A stretch of DNA of 64,000 nucleotides from the NCBI GenBank assembly GCA_947475765.1, contig CANJMM010000001.1, forward strand, positions 876-64,875. The letters run 5' to 3'. Position 1 is the first letter of the stretch. Every line of letters starts with the position of its first letter. This document shows, piece after piece, positions 37,977 through 48,737 of the stretch. The notes beneath the pieces are model-generated. The model made no database searches, was not told the origin of the DNA, and was given only the letters and a program-made list of their open reading frames with translations. The translations under genes and the position numbers were made by a program. The stretch comes from Legionellales bacterium. GTDB lineage: Bacteria > Pseudomonadota > Gammaproteobacteria > Berkiellales > Berkiellaceae.

Positions 37977-38864
37977 CTAACTCTTTAATCTTTTGGCAGC
38001 AGCTTCATCAGTCGCCTGCTCTGCCTCAACAACATCTTCATCTTGCATGCTCGTCTCATCATTCTGAGCCTCATGACCCTCATGAGGACGTTTCTGTCCT
38101 TTTCTTTGTTCTTCAGCAATACCAGAACTAGAACCAGAACTAGAACGAGAAAACATCACTACTGCTGGTACTGCTGCTGCTGGCGCCTCTTCTTGTTGCA
38201 CTGGCACACTACTAACTGGCTCACGAACTGGCTCAGGAGCAACAAACACTGCTGCTGCTTGTTCTACTCTTCTCTCTTCTCTGATCTCTTCTCTGATCTC
38301 TTGTATTCTTGGCACACTTCTTCTTTGTAATCTAGCTAATAATGGCACTTCAGCTTCAGGCTGATCCTGTTCTTCAATCTCAATAATATTAAGGGGTTTT
38401 TCTGATAGCATATATTTTAAAGCGCTAAAAAGCGCATTTTTATAGACCATTGAAGCCGCCGAAAAAAGCACGGCATTATAGGGCGATAGTATCTCAAGCT
38501 CTATGAGTTTTACTGATGCCACTATATTTAAAGCATAATAAGCATACGCTGTTATATTTCCTGCATTTTCTTGAATATGTTGCATGATATCCTTTCGCAC
38601 TTTAAAAATCTTAGTTGCCAATAAAGCAGGTGCTAATAATGAGCTGCCCATCGATAAAAATGCGAATAAAGGACTTTGAGTACTATGTAGCGTAGTCATG
38701 TAACTTGGCATTCTAAGGTATGCCTGTGCTTGAACGACACTCAAAGTCGCTATAATAGGATAAGCATAATCTTTATACTCTTTGACAAGGCTTAGGCCTG
38801 CCTTAAGACCCTGAAAAAATTTATTATTTAAAAATCTATTTAAAAATCTCACAATATACTCCAA
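37977..38864 (-). CDS. Hypothetical membrane protein with acidic low-complexity C-terminal half
   Basis: The ORF opens with TTG and has no convincing RBS, so the start is uncertain. Hydrophobic N-terminal half, then REEIREE, Ala/Pro/Val-rich, SSSGSSSG and acidic tracts. Ends in KRLKS. Confidence 0.55.
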   Translation of the reverse strand: MEYIVRFLNRFLNNKFFQGLKAGLSLVKEYKDYAYPIIATLSVVQAQAYLRMPSYMTTLHSTQSPLFAFLSMGSSLLAPALLATKIFKVRKDIMQHIQENAGNITAYAYYALNIVASVKLIELEILSPYNAVLFSAASMVYKNALFSALKYMLSEKPLNIIEIEEQDQPEAEVPLLARLQRRSVPRIQEIREEIREERRVEQAAAVFVAPEPVREPVSSVPVQQEEAPAAAVPAVVMFSRSSSGSSSGIAEEQRKGQKRPHEGHEAQNDETSMQDEDVVEAEQATDEAAAKRLKS

Positions 38865-39000
38865 TAAACTAACTTGATTTTAATGTTCATGCCGGAGTAT
38901 ATCTTTGGTTACCCTAAAAAGTCATTAATTTTAGTTAACTAGCAGACGAACGGTAGGTTTAAGCCGATAAACGGTCATACATCAATATATTTAGATAAAT

Positions 39001-39026
39001 AAAAGGGGCTGAATAGCCCCCTTTAT
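39001..39026 (-). terminator. Rho-independent terminator ending the sdh-suc operon
   Basis: Stem ggggct / agcccc (39005-39020) with loop gaat, followed on the minus strand by UUUU. Located 27 nt after the sucD stop. Confidence 0.7.
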
Positions 39027-39052
39027 CTTATTTTAAAATATTCAGACAGATT

Positions 39053-39925
39053 TTAGTTGCCCATTAAGTCTTTAAGTGCCCGACCAATATCTGCTGGTGA
39101 TTGCACTGTTTTTACCCCTGCTTTTTCAAGCGCCGCAAATTTTTCAGCTGCCGTGCCTTTTCCACCAGAAATAATTGCGCCTGCATGGCCCATCCGTTTG
39201 CCTTCAGGTGCAGCTACCCCTGCAATATAAGAAACGACCGGTTTGGTGACATATTGAGCGATGAATTCAGCCGCTTCTTCTTCTGCACTGCCCCCAATTT
39301 CCCCAACCATCACAATCCCTTCTGTTTGTGGATCATCTTGGAATAATCTAAGTGCATCAATAAAACTGGTACCTGGAATAGGATCTCCACCAATACCAAT
39401 ACAGGTACTTTGACCTAAACCCATATCCGTTGTTTGTTTAACAGCTTCATAAGTTAAAGTCCCTGAACGTGAGACAATACCCACACGACCAGGCAAATGA
39501 ATGCTACCAGGCATAATGCCTATTTTGCATTCCCCTGGGGTAATAATACCTGGGCAATTTGGGCCAATCAGTCTGCAATTGGTTTTCTTTAAATACTCTT
39601 TCACTAACATCATATCTAATGTCGGAATGCCTTCTGTGATACACACAATCAGCAAAATGCCTGCATCTGCAGCTTCAATAATAGAATCTTTACAAAAAGC
39701 AGCCGGTACATAAATAACACTGGCCTCTGCCTCTGTCTTTTCTACTGCTTCTCTCACCGTATTAAATACAGGCAAGCCTAAATGTTTTTGTCCACCTTTA
39801 CCTGGGGTAATGCCGCCTACCATTTTAGTGCCGTATTCTATGGCTTGTTCAGAATGAAAAGTGCCCTGCTTACCGGTAAACCCTTGGCAGATCACGCGAG
39901 TATTTTTATTAACTAATACGCTCAT
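39053..39925 (-). CDS. sucD: Succinate-CoA ligase subunit alpha
   Basis: [18 protein letters not shown] matches canonical SucD N-termini. SRSGTLTYE present. ATG at 39925 has a GAGG RBS. The ORF-track start at 39934 is a TTG. Confidence 0.95.
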   Translation of the reverse strand: MSVLVNKNTRVICQGFTGKQGTFHSEQAIEYGTKMVGGITPGKGGQKHLGLPVFNTVREAVEKTEAEASVIYVPAAFCKDSIIEAADAGILLIVCITEGIPTLDMMLVKEYLKKTNCRLIGPNCPGIITPGECKIGIMPGSIHLPGRVGIVSRSGTLTYEAVKQTTDMGLGQSTCIGIGGDPIPGTSFIDALRLFQDDPQTEGIVMVGEIGGSAEEEAAEFIAQYVTKPVVSYIAGVAAPEGKRMGHAGAIISGGKGTAAEKFAALEKAGVKTVQSPADIGRALKDLMGN

Positions 39926-39951
39926 AACTCTCAAAACCTCAATTTAATTAT

Positions 39952-41115
39952 TTATTTAGATGCCAACGCAACTACTTTTGTTGCCGCATCGGTTAAGCCC
40001 GTTGCTGGCGTGATATTTAAACCACTTTTAGCCAGTAAAGCAGAGGCTTCTTTTGCTCTATTGCCTTCTAATCTAACGACAACTGGAATGGTAATGCCCA
40101 CTTCTTGAACGGCACCAATGATGCCTTCTGCAATTAAATCACAACGAACAATGCCACCAAATATATTCACCAATACTGCTTTTACGCTGGAATCAGATAA
40201 AATAATTTTAAAGGCTTCCCGAACACGTTCTTGGGTAGCGCCACCGCCCACATCTAAGAAATTAGCGGGATTTCCACCATGTAATTTAATTAAATCCATT
40301 GTGGCCATGGCTAATCCGGCTCCATTGACCATACAGCCAATATTACCCTCAAGAGAAATATAATTTAATTCCCATTCTTTGGCTCTTACTTCACGCTCAT
40401 CTTCTTGGGTAATATCACGCATCTCACGAATTTGAGATTGACGATATAAAGCATTTTCATCGACATTGATTTTGCCATCTAAACAAATAATCTTGCCTTG
40501 TGTCGTGATAATCAACGGATTAATTTCTACTAGGGCTAAATCACACTCAATAAATAACATGCCTAAGCCCATCATAATTTGAGAAAATTGCTTAATTTGA
40601 ACATCTGTCAAGCCTAACTTAAAGCCTACTTCACGGCATTGATAAGGCATGACGCCTATCAGCGGATCAACCACCACTTTAATGATTTTTTCAGGAGTTT
40701 CATGTGCTACTTTTTCAATTTCTACCCCGCCTTCAGTCGACGCCATGATCACGATTTTTTGAGTGGCTCTGTCTAATACTGCACCCAAATATAACTCGCG
40801 TTCTATATCGCTTGCTTGTTCTATTAACAATTCACTGATCAATTGGCCTTTGCTATCTGTTTGGTAAGTCACCAAATATTTGTGCAATAAATTACGGGCA
40901 ACTTCTGCAACTTCTTCGGCAGATTTTACTAATTTCACGCCGCCTGCTTTGCCACGTCCACCTGCATGAACTTGGGCTTTTACCACATACGCAGGGCCTT
41001 CTAGTTGACTTAAACCGGCAACCGCTTCCTCTACTGTTTTGGCAACATAAGAAGGAGAAACTGGCATGCCAAATTGTTTAAATAACTTTTTGGCTTGATA
41101 TTCATGTAAATTCAT
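39952..41115 (-). CDS. sucC: Succinate-CoA ligase subunit beta
   Basis: [13 protein letters not shown]-terminus and ATP-grasp strings. Confidence 0.95.
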   Translation of the reverse strand: MNLHEYQAKKLFKQFGMPVSPSYVAKTVEEAVAGLSQLEGPAYVVKAQVHAGGRGKAGGVKLVKSAEEVAEVARNLLHKYLVTYQTDSKGQLISELLIEQASDIERELYLGAVLDRATQKIVIMASTEGGVEIEKVAHETPEKIIKVVVDPLIGVMPYQCREVGFKLGLTDVQIKQFSQIMMGLGMLFIECDLALVEINPLIITTQGKIICLDGKINVDENALYRQSQIREMRDITQEDEREVRAKEWELNYISLEGNIGCMVNGAGLAMATMDLIKLHGGNPANFLDVGGGATQERVREAFKIILSDSSVKAVLVNIFGGIVRCDLIAEGIIGAVQEVGITIPVVVRLEGNRAKEASALLAKSGLNITPATGLTDAATKVVALASK

Positions 41116-41131
41116 ACTGACCTCATTAACG

Positions 41132-41155
41132 ATAAAACTATAAAACTATAAAACT
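41132..41155. repeat. Intergenic tandem 8-mer ataaaact x3 between sucC and sucB
   Basis: Three perfect copies plus a partial fourth, read directly. Confidence 0.9.
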
Positions 41156-41168
41156 ATAAATATTAATC

Positions 41169-42323
41169 TTAAACTTCAAGCACTAAGCGTGCAGGATCTT
41201 CTAACATTTCTTTTATGGTCACTAAGAATCTGACTGACTCTGAGCCATCGATTAAACGATGATCATAAGACATGGCCACATACATCATCGGGCGAATCAC
41301 GATTTGACCATTTTCAACCACTGGGCGCTCTTCTATTTTATGCATGCCCAAGATACCCGTTTGAGGTGGATTAATAATGGGGGTAGACATTAAAGACCCA
41401 AAAACGCCTCCATTAGAAATGGTAAACGTTCCTCCTGTCATGTCTTCTATGCCAAGCTGTCCGCTTTGCGCTTTTTTACCATACTCGGCTATTTTTTGTT
41501 CCATTTCTGCCATAGAAAGCGTTTCGGCATTACGCACAACTGGAACCACTAAGCCTCTTGGTGAAGACACGGCAATGCCAATATCCATATAGCCATGATA
41601 AACAATATCATTGCCATCGATAGATGAATTAACCAGAGGGAAACGTTTAAGTGCCTCAACAACTGCCCGAGTGAAAAAAGACATAAATCCTAATTTAACA
41701 CCATGACGTTTTTCAAAGGCGTCTTTATATTTTGCCCGTAAGTCCATCACTGGCTTCATATTAATTTCGTTAAACGTTGTTAAAATAGCAGCCGTTTGTT
41801 GTGATTGAATTAATCTTTCGGCAATGCGTGCTCTTAATCGCGTCATTGGTACGCGTTTTTCTGAACGAGAACCCATTGCAGCCATTTCTGTGCTGACTGC
41901 CGTTGCGGGTGTGATGGCCTTAACAACATCTTCTTTAGTGATTCTGCCACTTTTTCCTGTGCCTGTAATATTTTCTACAGGAACTTCATGCTCGCCAATT
42001 AGGCGACGAACCGCAGGGCCGGCAGGTGCAGCAGCAGCAGGTTCAGGTGCAGGTGCAGGTGCAGAGACAACAGCAGGGCTAACTGCACCCGCTTTAAATA
42101 TACCTATTACTTGCTGGCCCTGTACCGTATCCCCTGTGACATTCAAGATTTTTTCAAGAATTCCATCTGCTGGCGCAACCACTTCTAAGACAACTTTGTC
42201 GGTTTCAATATCGACAAGATTTTCATCACGCTTAATCGCTTCGCCTGGTTTTTTATGCCATGTGGCAATCGTGGCATCAGACACCGATTCTGGCAATACC
42301 GGGACTTTAATATCAATCATCAT
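41169..42323 (-). CDS. sucB: Dihydrolipoyllysine-residue succinyltransferase (E2o)
   Basis: Lipoyl motif [10 protein letters not shown], Ala/Pro linker and catalytic DHRLIDG. Confidence 0.9.
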   Translation of the reverse strand: MMIDIKVPVLPESVSDATIATWHKKPGEAIKRDENLVDIETDKVVLEVVAPADGILEKILNVTGDTVQGQQVIGIFKAGAVSPAVVSAPAPAPEPAAAAPAGPAVRRLIGEHEVPVENITGTGKSGRITKEDVVKAITPATAVSTEMAAMGSRSEKRVPMTRLRARIAERLIQSQQTAAILTTFNEINMKPVMDLRAKYKDAFEKRHGVKLGFMSFFTRAVVEALKRFPLVNSSIDGNDIVYHGYMDIGIAVSSPRGLVVPVVRNAETLSMAEMEQKIAEYGKKAQSGQLGIEDMTGGTFTISNGGVFGSLMSTPIINPPQTGILGMHKIEERPVVENGQIVIRPMMYVAMSYDHRLIDGSESVRFLVTIKEMLEDPARLVLEV

Positions 42324-42361
42324 TCATTCTACCCTTTACTAACTTTACTAAAATTACTTTT

Positions 42362-45202
42362 TTACTGTCCTAACGCTTGCTTAATTAAAGCCTGCTGTTG
42401 CTGATTATGCATTTCATAATAACCACAGGCTGGTGCGGCTGCAGGCAAACGACCGGCATAAGACAAACGCTGTGTCTTTGTTAAACAAGCCAACATATGA
42501 TGTGAGCTAGGAAACCATGCACCCTGATTTTGTGGCTCTTCTTGACACCAAATAATTTCAGATGCCTCTTGGTAAGGTTTAAGCGCTTGAATTAGCTCTA
42601 ATTCTGGAAAAGGATACAATTGTTCAATTCGAATAATGGCAACATTTTGTTGATTATTTTTTTCACGCGCTTCGACCAAATCGTAATACACTTTACCAGA
42701 ACATAAAACCACACGATTCACTTGTTTAGAATCTTGTTTTGTTACTTCTGGAATAACGGCCTGGAATTCCCCTGTTAAAAATTCAGATAGTTCACAGCTG
42801 GCTGATTTATGTCTTAGCAAGCTTTTAGGGGTCATGACCACAAGTGGAATACGCACATCACGAAGCATTTGACGTCGAATCATATGAAAGGCCTGCGCTG
42901 CGGTTGAAGGCACACAAACTTGAATATTATTTTCAGCACATAATTGTAAAAAACGTTCTAATCGAGCAGAAGAGTGCTCTGGGCCTTGGCCTTCATAACC
43001 ATGGGGTAAAAATAGAGATAAGCCGCATAATCTTCCCCATTTTTGTTTACCGGAGCTGATAAATTGATCGATAACGACTTGTGCCCCATTGGCAAAATCG
43101 CCAAACTGCCCTTCCCAAATAGTCATTATTTTAGGATCTGAGCAGGCAAAGCCATACTCAAAAGCCATGACCGCTTCTTCAGATAATAAAGAATCGATGA
43201 CTTCAAATTTAGGCTGATCAGCTGAAAGATGCTGTAAGCCCAAATAAGCTTCGTTTGTATTTTGATCAAAAAGACCTGCATGACGATGAAAGAAAGTACC
43301 TCTTCGACAATCTTGGCCTGACAGTCTTACGCCATGGCCCTGTAAAAGCAAGGCGCCATATGCCAATAATTCGGCACAACCCCAATCGAGCGGCATTTTA
43401 CCCGTTAACATTTTTTCACGATCTTGTATGATTTTAGCCACACGTGGATGCAGCGTAAAATGCTCTGGCACCGTGGTGATGTTCTGAATAAGCACATTCA
43501 CCATTTCTTGTGTTATCGCTGTTTTAGCAGGCGAACGCCAATCATCGCTTTTATAAGCCGTCCAATCAATAACGTAGTCAAGCTTCGCATCGTAAACCAT
43601 TTTTCTTGCAACGGTTTCGCCTTTATCTAATAAATCGCGGTTATTGCTCACTAAGTCTTGAGCAAAACTTGCTTCTATCGCGCTGTTTTTAACTAATTGC
43701 TCAGAATAAATTTGTCTGACTGTAGGATGTTTTGCAATTTTTTTATACATCACAGGTTGAGTGGCCGAAGGCTCATCTGCTTCATTATGTCCGTGTCGAC
43801 GATAACAAACCAAATCGATGACGACGTCTTTTTTAAATTCAGTGCGATAATCAAGTGCCACTTGCATCGCAAATACAACGGCTTCTGGATCATCTGCATT
43901 CACATGCAAAATAGGCGCCTGAATGACTTTGGCTACATCAGAGCAATAAAGTGTCGAACGCGAATCACGCACATCACTGGTTGTAAAACCAACTTGATTA
44001 TTAATTACTAAATGAAGGGTACCACCAATATGATAACCCCTAGTTTGAGACATATTCAGTGTTTCCATCACAACACCTTGACCCGCAAAAGCCGCATCAC
44101 CATGAATGGCAATAGGCAATACTTTAGAGCCAGTTTTATCATTCCATCGATTCAAGCGTGCACGCACAGAACCTAAAACAACGGGGGTCACAATTTCTAA
44201 ATGGGAAGGATTAAAAGCCAATGCCAAATGTACTGAACCGCCAACGGTTGCTACATCACTTGAAAAACCTTGATGGTATTTTACATCGCCTGATTGTAAT
44301 TCAGGATTTGGTTTACCCGCAAATTCATCAAATAATTCACTCGGCTTTTTGCCAAAAGTATTGACCAAAACGTTTAATCGACCACGATGGGCCATGCCAA
44401 TAACCACTTCTTTGACCCCATGCATGCCAGCACGCTGAATGCACTCATCTAACATAGGAATTAAGACATCACCCCCTTCTAGGGAAAATCTTTTAGCCCC
44501 TGGATATTTAGACCCTAAATATTTTTCTAAGCCTTCTGCAGAGGTTAAGCCTTCTAAAATATTTTTTTTCTGTTCTATTGAAAAATTAGGGTTACAACGA
44601 GAGCCTTCTATTCTTTCTTGAACCCAGCGACGTTCTTCTGGATAAGGAATATGCATGTACTCGGTACCAATAGCGCCGCAATAACTGTCATTAAGTGCTT
44701 TGAATAATTCCCCTAATGCCATACGTTGAGGGCCTACAAAGGTTTCAACATCGAATACTGTGCCTAAATCACTGACAGATAAACCATGATCTTCTAAAGT
44801 CAGTTCTGATATTAATTTATCTTGGCATTCCCGCATAGCAAGTGGATTAATTTGGGCACGCAAATGGCCATGTAAGCGATAAGCGTTAATCAAACTCGTT
44901 ACTTGAATTTGTTTTAATTCATGATCCAGGGTGACATTGGATCCAGATGTGCCAGATGCAGAAACACCTTGAGCATATAAAACAGGCTTTTGAAGTATTT
45001 TTTCAAATTCGGCTTTTACTGCCGCATGAGATACATCTAGGCTATGCCCATTTTGAGGTAATTGTTTAAAAAAAGTACGCCACTCTTCAGGTACTGTACT
45101 TGGATCCACTAAATATTTTTCAAATAAGTCTTCTATATAGGGCGCATTAGACCCTTCTAGCATTGAATGAGTCCATAGAGAGTTCATATTATCATCTACC
45201 AT
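42362..45202 (-). CDS. sucA: 2-oxoglutarate dehydrogenase E1 component
   Basis: 946 aa with E1o-type ThDP-binding strings (HGDAAFAGQG, GHNE). sdh-suc synteny. Confidence 0.95.
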   Translation of the reverse strand: MVDDNMNSLWTHSMLEGSNAPYIEDLFEKYLVDPSTVPEEWRTFFKQLPQNGHSLDVSHAAVKAEFEKILQKPVLYAQGVSASGTSGSNVTLDHELKQIQVTSLINAYRLHGHLRAQINPLAMRECQDKLISELTLEDHGLSVSDLGTVFDVETFVGPQRMALGELFKALNDSYCGAIGTEYMHIPYPEERRWVQERIEGSRCNPNFSIEQKKNILEGLTSAEGLEKYLGSKYPGAKRFSLEGGDVLIPMLDECIQRAGMHGVKEVVIGMAHRGRLNVLVNTFGKKPSELFDEFAGKPNPELQSGDVKYHQGFSSDVATVGGSVHLALAFNPSHLEIVTPVVLGSVRARLNRWNDKTGSKVLPIAIHGDAAFAGQGVVMETLNMSQTRGYHIGGTLHLVINNQVGFTTSDVRDSRSTLYCSDVAKVIQAPILHVNADDPEAVVFAMQVALDYRTEFKKDVVIDLVCYRRHGHNEADEPSATQPVMYKKIAKHPTVRQIYSEQLVKNSAIEASFAQDLVSNNRDLLDKGETVARKMVYDAKLDYVIDWTAYKSDDWRSPAKTAITQEMVNVLIQNITTVPEHFTLHPRVAKIIQDREKMLTGKMPLDWGCAELLAYGALLLQGHGVRLSGQDCRRGTFFHRHAGLFDQNTNEAYLGLQHLSADQPKFEVIDSLLSEEAVMAFEYGFACSDPKIMTIWEGQFGDFANGAQVVIDQFISSGKQKWGRLCGLSLFLPHGYEGQGPEHSSARLERFLQLCAENNIQVCVPSTAAQAFHMIRRQMLRDVRIPLVVMTPKSLLRHKSASCELSEFLTGEFQAVIPEVTKQDSKQVNRVVLCSGKVYYDLVEAREKNNQQNVAIIRIEQLYPFPELELIQALKPYQEASEIIWCQEEPQNQGAWFPSSHHMLACLTKTQRLSYAGRLPAAAPACGYYEMHNQQQQALIKQALGQ

Positions 45203-45273
45203 TGTAAAGTTACCTAACGTACAAGAAATATATATAAAGTTAGTAACAATTATACATGATTAAGCTTAGATGA

Positions 45274-46011
45274 TTAAACCTCTTCTTTCATCATTTCGGT
45301 GCGGATATCTGAAATAGCTTTGTTAGGGTTCAAACCTTTAGGGCAGCTTTCAACACAATTCATAATCGATCGGCATCTAAATACGCTATAGGCGTCATTT
45401 AGCTTCTCTAATCTTTCTCGTGTGGTGTCATCTCGGCTATCGACGATAAATCGACTGGCTTGTAATAAAGCTGCTGGGCCTAAAAACTTATCTGGATTCC
45501 ACCAATAAGAAGGACAAGCACTGGAACAACAGCCACATAAAACACACTCATATAAGCCATCTAACTTTTTTCGTTCTTCTGGGCTTTGTAACCGTTCTGT
45601 AGCAGGAGGTGGCGAGGTATTTTTTAAATAAGGCTCAGCTTTTTTATACTGTTTAAAAAATTGGGTCATATCGACAATTAAATCTCGAATAACAGGCATA
45701 CCTGGAAAAGGCTGAAGCAAAATATGCTGACCTAGCTCACGGATCGGTGTAATGCATGCCAAACGATTTTGACCATTGACATTCATACCATCACTGCCAC
45801 ATACCCCTTCACCACAAGAACGTCTAAAAGAAAGTGTTTCATCTTGTTCTTTTAAAGCCTTGAGGGCGTCTAATAGCATAACAATATTGTTTTGACTTAT
45901 ATCTAACTCATATTTTTGCATTCTCGGTTTTAAATCTTTATCTGGATCAAATCGAAAAATAGAAAAATAAACCATATTAGCATTAGCATGAGTATCAGCA
46001 TTAGTTGACAT
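45274..46011 (-). CDS. sdhB: Succinate dehydrogenase iron-sulfur subunit
   Basis: Three Cys clusters: CGEGVCGSDG, CVLCGCCSSACP and CRSIMNCVESCP. Confidence 0.95.
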   Translation of the reverse strand: MSTNADTHANANMVYFSIFRFDPDKDLKPRMQKYELDISQNNIVMLLDALKALKEQDETLSFRRSCGEGVCGSDGMNVNGQNRLACITPIRELGQHILLQPFPGMPVIRDLIVDMTQFFKQYKKAEPYLKNTSPPPATERLQSPEERKKLDGLYECVLCGCCSSACPSYWWNPDKFLGPAALLQASRFIVDSRDDTTRERLEKLNDAYSVFRCRSIMNCVESCPKGLNPNKAISDIRTEMMKEEV

Positions 46012-46022
46012 AATCTTGTCCT

Positions 46023-47783
46023 TTAATATATGCGTTCTTTGAGTGGAAAAGCCTCAACCCCTACGGGCTGTCTATTGACTGAACGCTTTTTCATTTCCCC
46101 TTCGGTAAAATATAAGGTATGTGCTAACCATTTTTCATCGTTTCTATTGGGAAAATCTTCTCTTGCATGGGCGCCCCGACTTTCTTGTCTATATAAAGCT
46201 GCTTTGGCTGTTGCTAAAGCAATGCTAATTAAGTTATCTAGCTCTAGCGCTTCGATGCGAGCCGTATTAAATATTTTACTTTTGTCTTGTAAATGTGCGT
46301 GCTTTAATCTTTGCTGTAAAATCATTAATTTATTTAAGCCATCTTGCATCACGGCTTCTGTCCTGAAAACACTAAAATCGGCTTGCATGATTTTTTTCAT
46401 TTCTAAGCGTAAATCTGAAATTTTTTCACCTTGATTTGTCTGATCCCAATGCAGTAAACGCTGCATGGCTTGATCAACGGCGTCGTTGGCCACAATTTGT
46501 TCATCATAGCCTGCTTTTAAATGCTCGAGTACATGTTGACCCGCAGCACGACCAAAAACGACTAAATCGAGCAAAGAATTGCCGCCCAAACGATTTGCCC
46601 CATGCACAGATACACAAGCACACTCCCCTACTGCATATAAACCCGGTACCACTTCATCTTGTCCCTGAGATTGCGTGAGCACTTGGCCATGTTTATTGGT
46701 CGGAATACCGCCCATCATATAATGGCAAGTCGGCACAACTGGAATGGGTTTTTCAATAGGATCCACATTTGCAAAAGTCATCGATAATTCACGAATACCC
46801 GGCAAACGAGACTTAATGACTTCGGCCCCTAAATGCACTAATTGTAAATCGATATAATTGCCTTGAGGCCCACATCCTCTTCCTTCTCTGATTTCAACCG
46901 CAATGGCACGAGACACCACATCTCGGCCAGCCAAATCTTTTACTTTAGGGGCATAACGTTCCATAAAACGTTCGCCGTTTTTATTGATTAAAAACCCGCC
47001 TTCTCCTCGGCAGCCTTCTGTCATTAATGACCCAGCACCAAAAAGCCCTGTGGGATGGAATTGCCACATTTCCATATCTTGTAGCGGGTAGCCCGCTCTA
47101 AGTACCATACCCAAGCCATCGCCGGTATTAATTAAGGCATTGGTGGTAGAATGATAAATTTGACCTGCGCCACCCGTGGCTAAAATAATGGCACGACCCC
47201 GAATAAATAAAAGTTCACCTGTTTCAATGCAAATGGCAACCACCCCTGCCACTGTACCGTCTTTGGCTTTAACCAAATCTAGGGCATACCACTCACTAAA
47301 TACAGTGACTTCATGTTGCAAGTTTTTTTGATATAAAGTATGGAGTAAAGCATGCCCAGTTCTATCGGCTGCGGCAGCCGTACGCGCTGCTTGCTCTCCG
47401 CCAAAATTTTTAGACTGTCCGCCAAATTGTCTTTGATAGATTTTGCCATTATCCATTCTGGAAAAAGGCAAACCCATATGTTCTAATTCATATACGGCTT
47501 CAGGGCCAACCCGACACATATATTCAATACAATCTTGATCGCCCAAATAATCTGAGCCTTTAATAGTATCGAACATATGCCAATGCCAATTATCCTCATG
47601 ACGATTGCCTAATGCTACCGTGATGCCACCCTGTGCTGAAACGGTATGCGATCGCGTTGGAAAGACTTTTGAAACTAAAGCGACTTTTTTACCTGCTTGT
47701 GCCAATTCAAGAGAGGCACGCATGCCTGCTCCACCTGCCCCCACAATGACGGCATCAAATGTTCTTTCGCTACAATGACCCAT
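46023..47783 (-). CDS. sdhA: Succinate dehydrogenase flavoprotein subunit
   Basis: [10 protein letters not shown] dinucleotide fold and [10 protein letters not shown] covalent-FAD His motif. Confidence 0.95.
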   Translation of the reverse strand: MGHCSERTFDAVIVGAGGAGMRASLELAQAGKKVALVSKVFPTRSHTVSAQGGITVALGNRHEDNWHWHMFDTIKGSDYLGDQDCIEYMCRVGPEAVYELEHMGLPFSRMDNGKIYQRQFGGQSKNFGGEQAARTAAAADRTGHALLHTLYQKNLQHEVTVFSEWYALDLVKAKDGTVAGVVAICIETGELLFIRGRAIILATGGAGQIYHSTTNALINTGDGLGMVLRAGYPLQDMEMWQFHPTGLFGAGSLMTEGCRGEGGFLINKNGERFMERYAPKVKDLAGRDVVSRAIAVEIREGRGCGPQGNYIDLQLVHLGAEVIKSRLPGIRELSMTFANVDPIEKPIPVVPTCHYMMGGIPTNKHGQVLTQSQGQDEVVPGLYAVGECACVSVHGANRLGGNSLLDLVVFGRAAGQHVLEHLKAGYDEQIVANDAVDQAMQRLLHWDQTNQGEKISDLRLEMKKIMQADFSVFRTEAVMQDGLNKLMILQQRLKHAHLQDKSKIFNTARIEALELDNLISIALATAKAALYRQESRGAHAREDFPNRNDEKWLAHTLYFTEGEMKKRSVNRQPVGVEAFPLKERIY

Positions 47784-47789
47784 AATGCT

Positions 47790-48119
47790 TTATCCCCAAA
47801 GAATAGATAAACCCCAACCGAGGTATCCCAGCAAGCCAAAGCTCACCACGCTTAATAATATAATCCGAAGACAATAAGCTGAAACATAATCTGTTATAAT
47901 CGTCCACACGCCTATCCAAGCATGAAGCAGTAGCGCTACTAATGCCAAAAGCGTCGCGACTTTCATGATTAAACCAGAAAATAACACCTGCCAGCCTATG
48001 GCTTCCAAATTAGGCTGTGTTAGCCAATAATAAACCAGAAAAAAAATATACCCTGTCAAAAAAACAGCCGTGACACGTTGAATAATCCAATCGCGAAGGC
48101 CTGTGCCACCTAAACTCAT
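47790..48119 (-). CDS. sdhD: Succinate dehydrogenase membrane anchor subunit
   Basis: Three TM helices. ATG at 48119 overlaps the sdhC stop as ATGA. The ORF-track version extends 20 codons into sdhC. Confidence 0.85.
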   Translation of the reverse strand: MSLGGTGLRDWIIQRVTAVFLTGYIFFLVYYWLTQPNLEAIGWQVLFSGLIMKVATLLALVALLLHAWIGVWTIITDYVSAYCLRIILLSVVSFGLLGYLGWGLSILWG

Positions 48120-48532
48120 GACGTCCCTCCAAATAACCGAAAACCTAAACAGATAATCAATAATATTGTTGCCGCCCATACCACACAGGCACTTATTTTG
48201 GCCGCCTTTAAAGTTTCAGGTAACCATTGTATATCCATTAAAATATGTCTAAATCCCGCAAGCATATGATAGCCCATTGCAGAAAAAAACAGCCCTATAC
48301 TCATCTTGCAAGTTGTAGAACTTAGTGCCTCGGCTAATTGCTCATAGCCTTTTGGGCTTTCTATTAACGTTTGTAATGCCCACAAGATTAGTGGAATCAT
48401 TAAAAATAAGCATAATCCGGATAAACGATGTGCAATAGAAGTAAGGGCAGACAAAGGTAATTTGATTGAAAAAGGATTAATATTAATAGGTCTATTAATA
48501 CGTTTAGGATTAAAGCGCTGGTTTTTAGTCAT
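48116..48532 (-). CDS. sdhC: Succinate dehydrogenase cytochrome b556 subunit
   Basis: First gene of the sdhCDAB order. Three TM helices with an SIAHRLSG-type heme-ligand region. Confidence 0.85.
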   Translation of the reverse strand: MTKNQRFNPKRINRPININPFSIKLPLSALTSIAHRLSGLCLFLMIPLILWALQTLIESPKGYEQLAEALSSTTCKMSIGLFFSAMGYHMLAGFRHILMDIQWLPETLKAAKISACVVWAATILLIICLGFRLFGGTS

Positions 48533-48737
48533 GTTGTACCATCCGTGATACTATCTTTTGTTATTAAGATTGAGGCTATATTGCCTGATAGTATATTTAC
48601 TAATTAGTATATACACAATTATATTTACTTTGCTGGTATTCTTACTAGTGTTTTTTAAAAAGTTTGCACTCACGTATCCCTGTTTGTATGCTTACAGAGA
48701 ACACCCAAATTGATACGTAAAATAAAGGCTTAACCAT

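Noticed and set aside
38043-38330. 95-aa plus-strand ORF containing TRTRTRTRTR and CCCW runs.
   Set aside because: It is the antisense reading of the repeat-rich tail of the 295-aa orphan. The low-complexity translation is a by-product of the tandem repeats, not evidence of a gene.
41824-42342. 172-aa plus-strand ORF antisense to sucB, rich in Ala/Gly/Thr/Ser.
   Set aside because: It lies entirely within a confidently assigned sucB gene and mirrors its GC-rich Ala/Pro linker. It has no independent RBS or motif. This is a typical shadow ORF.
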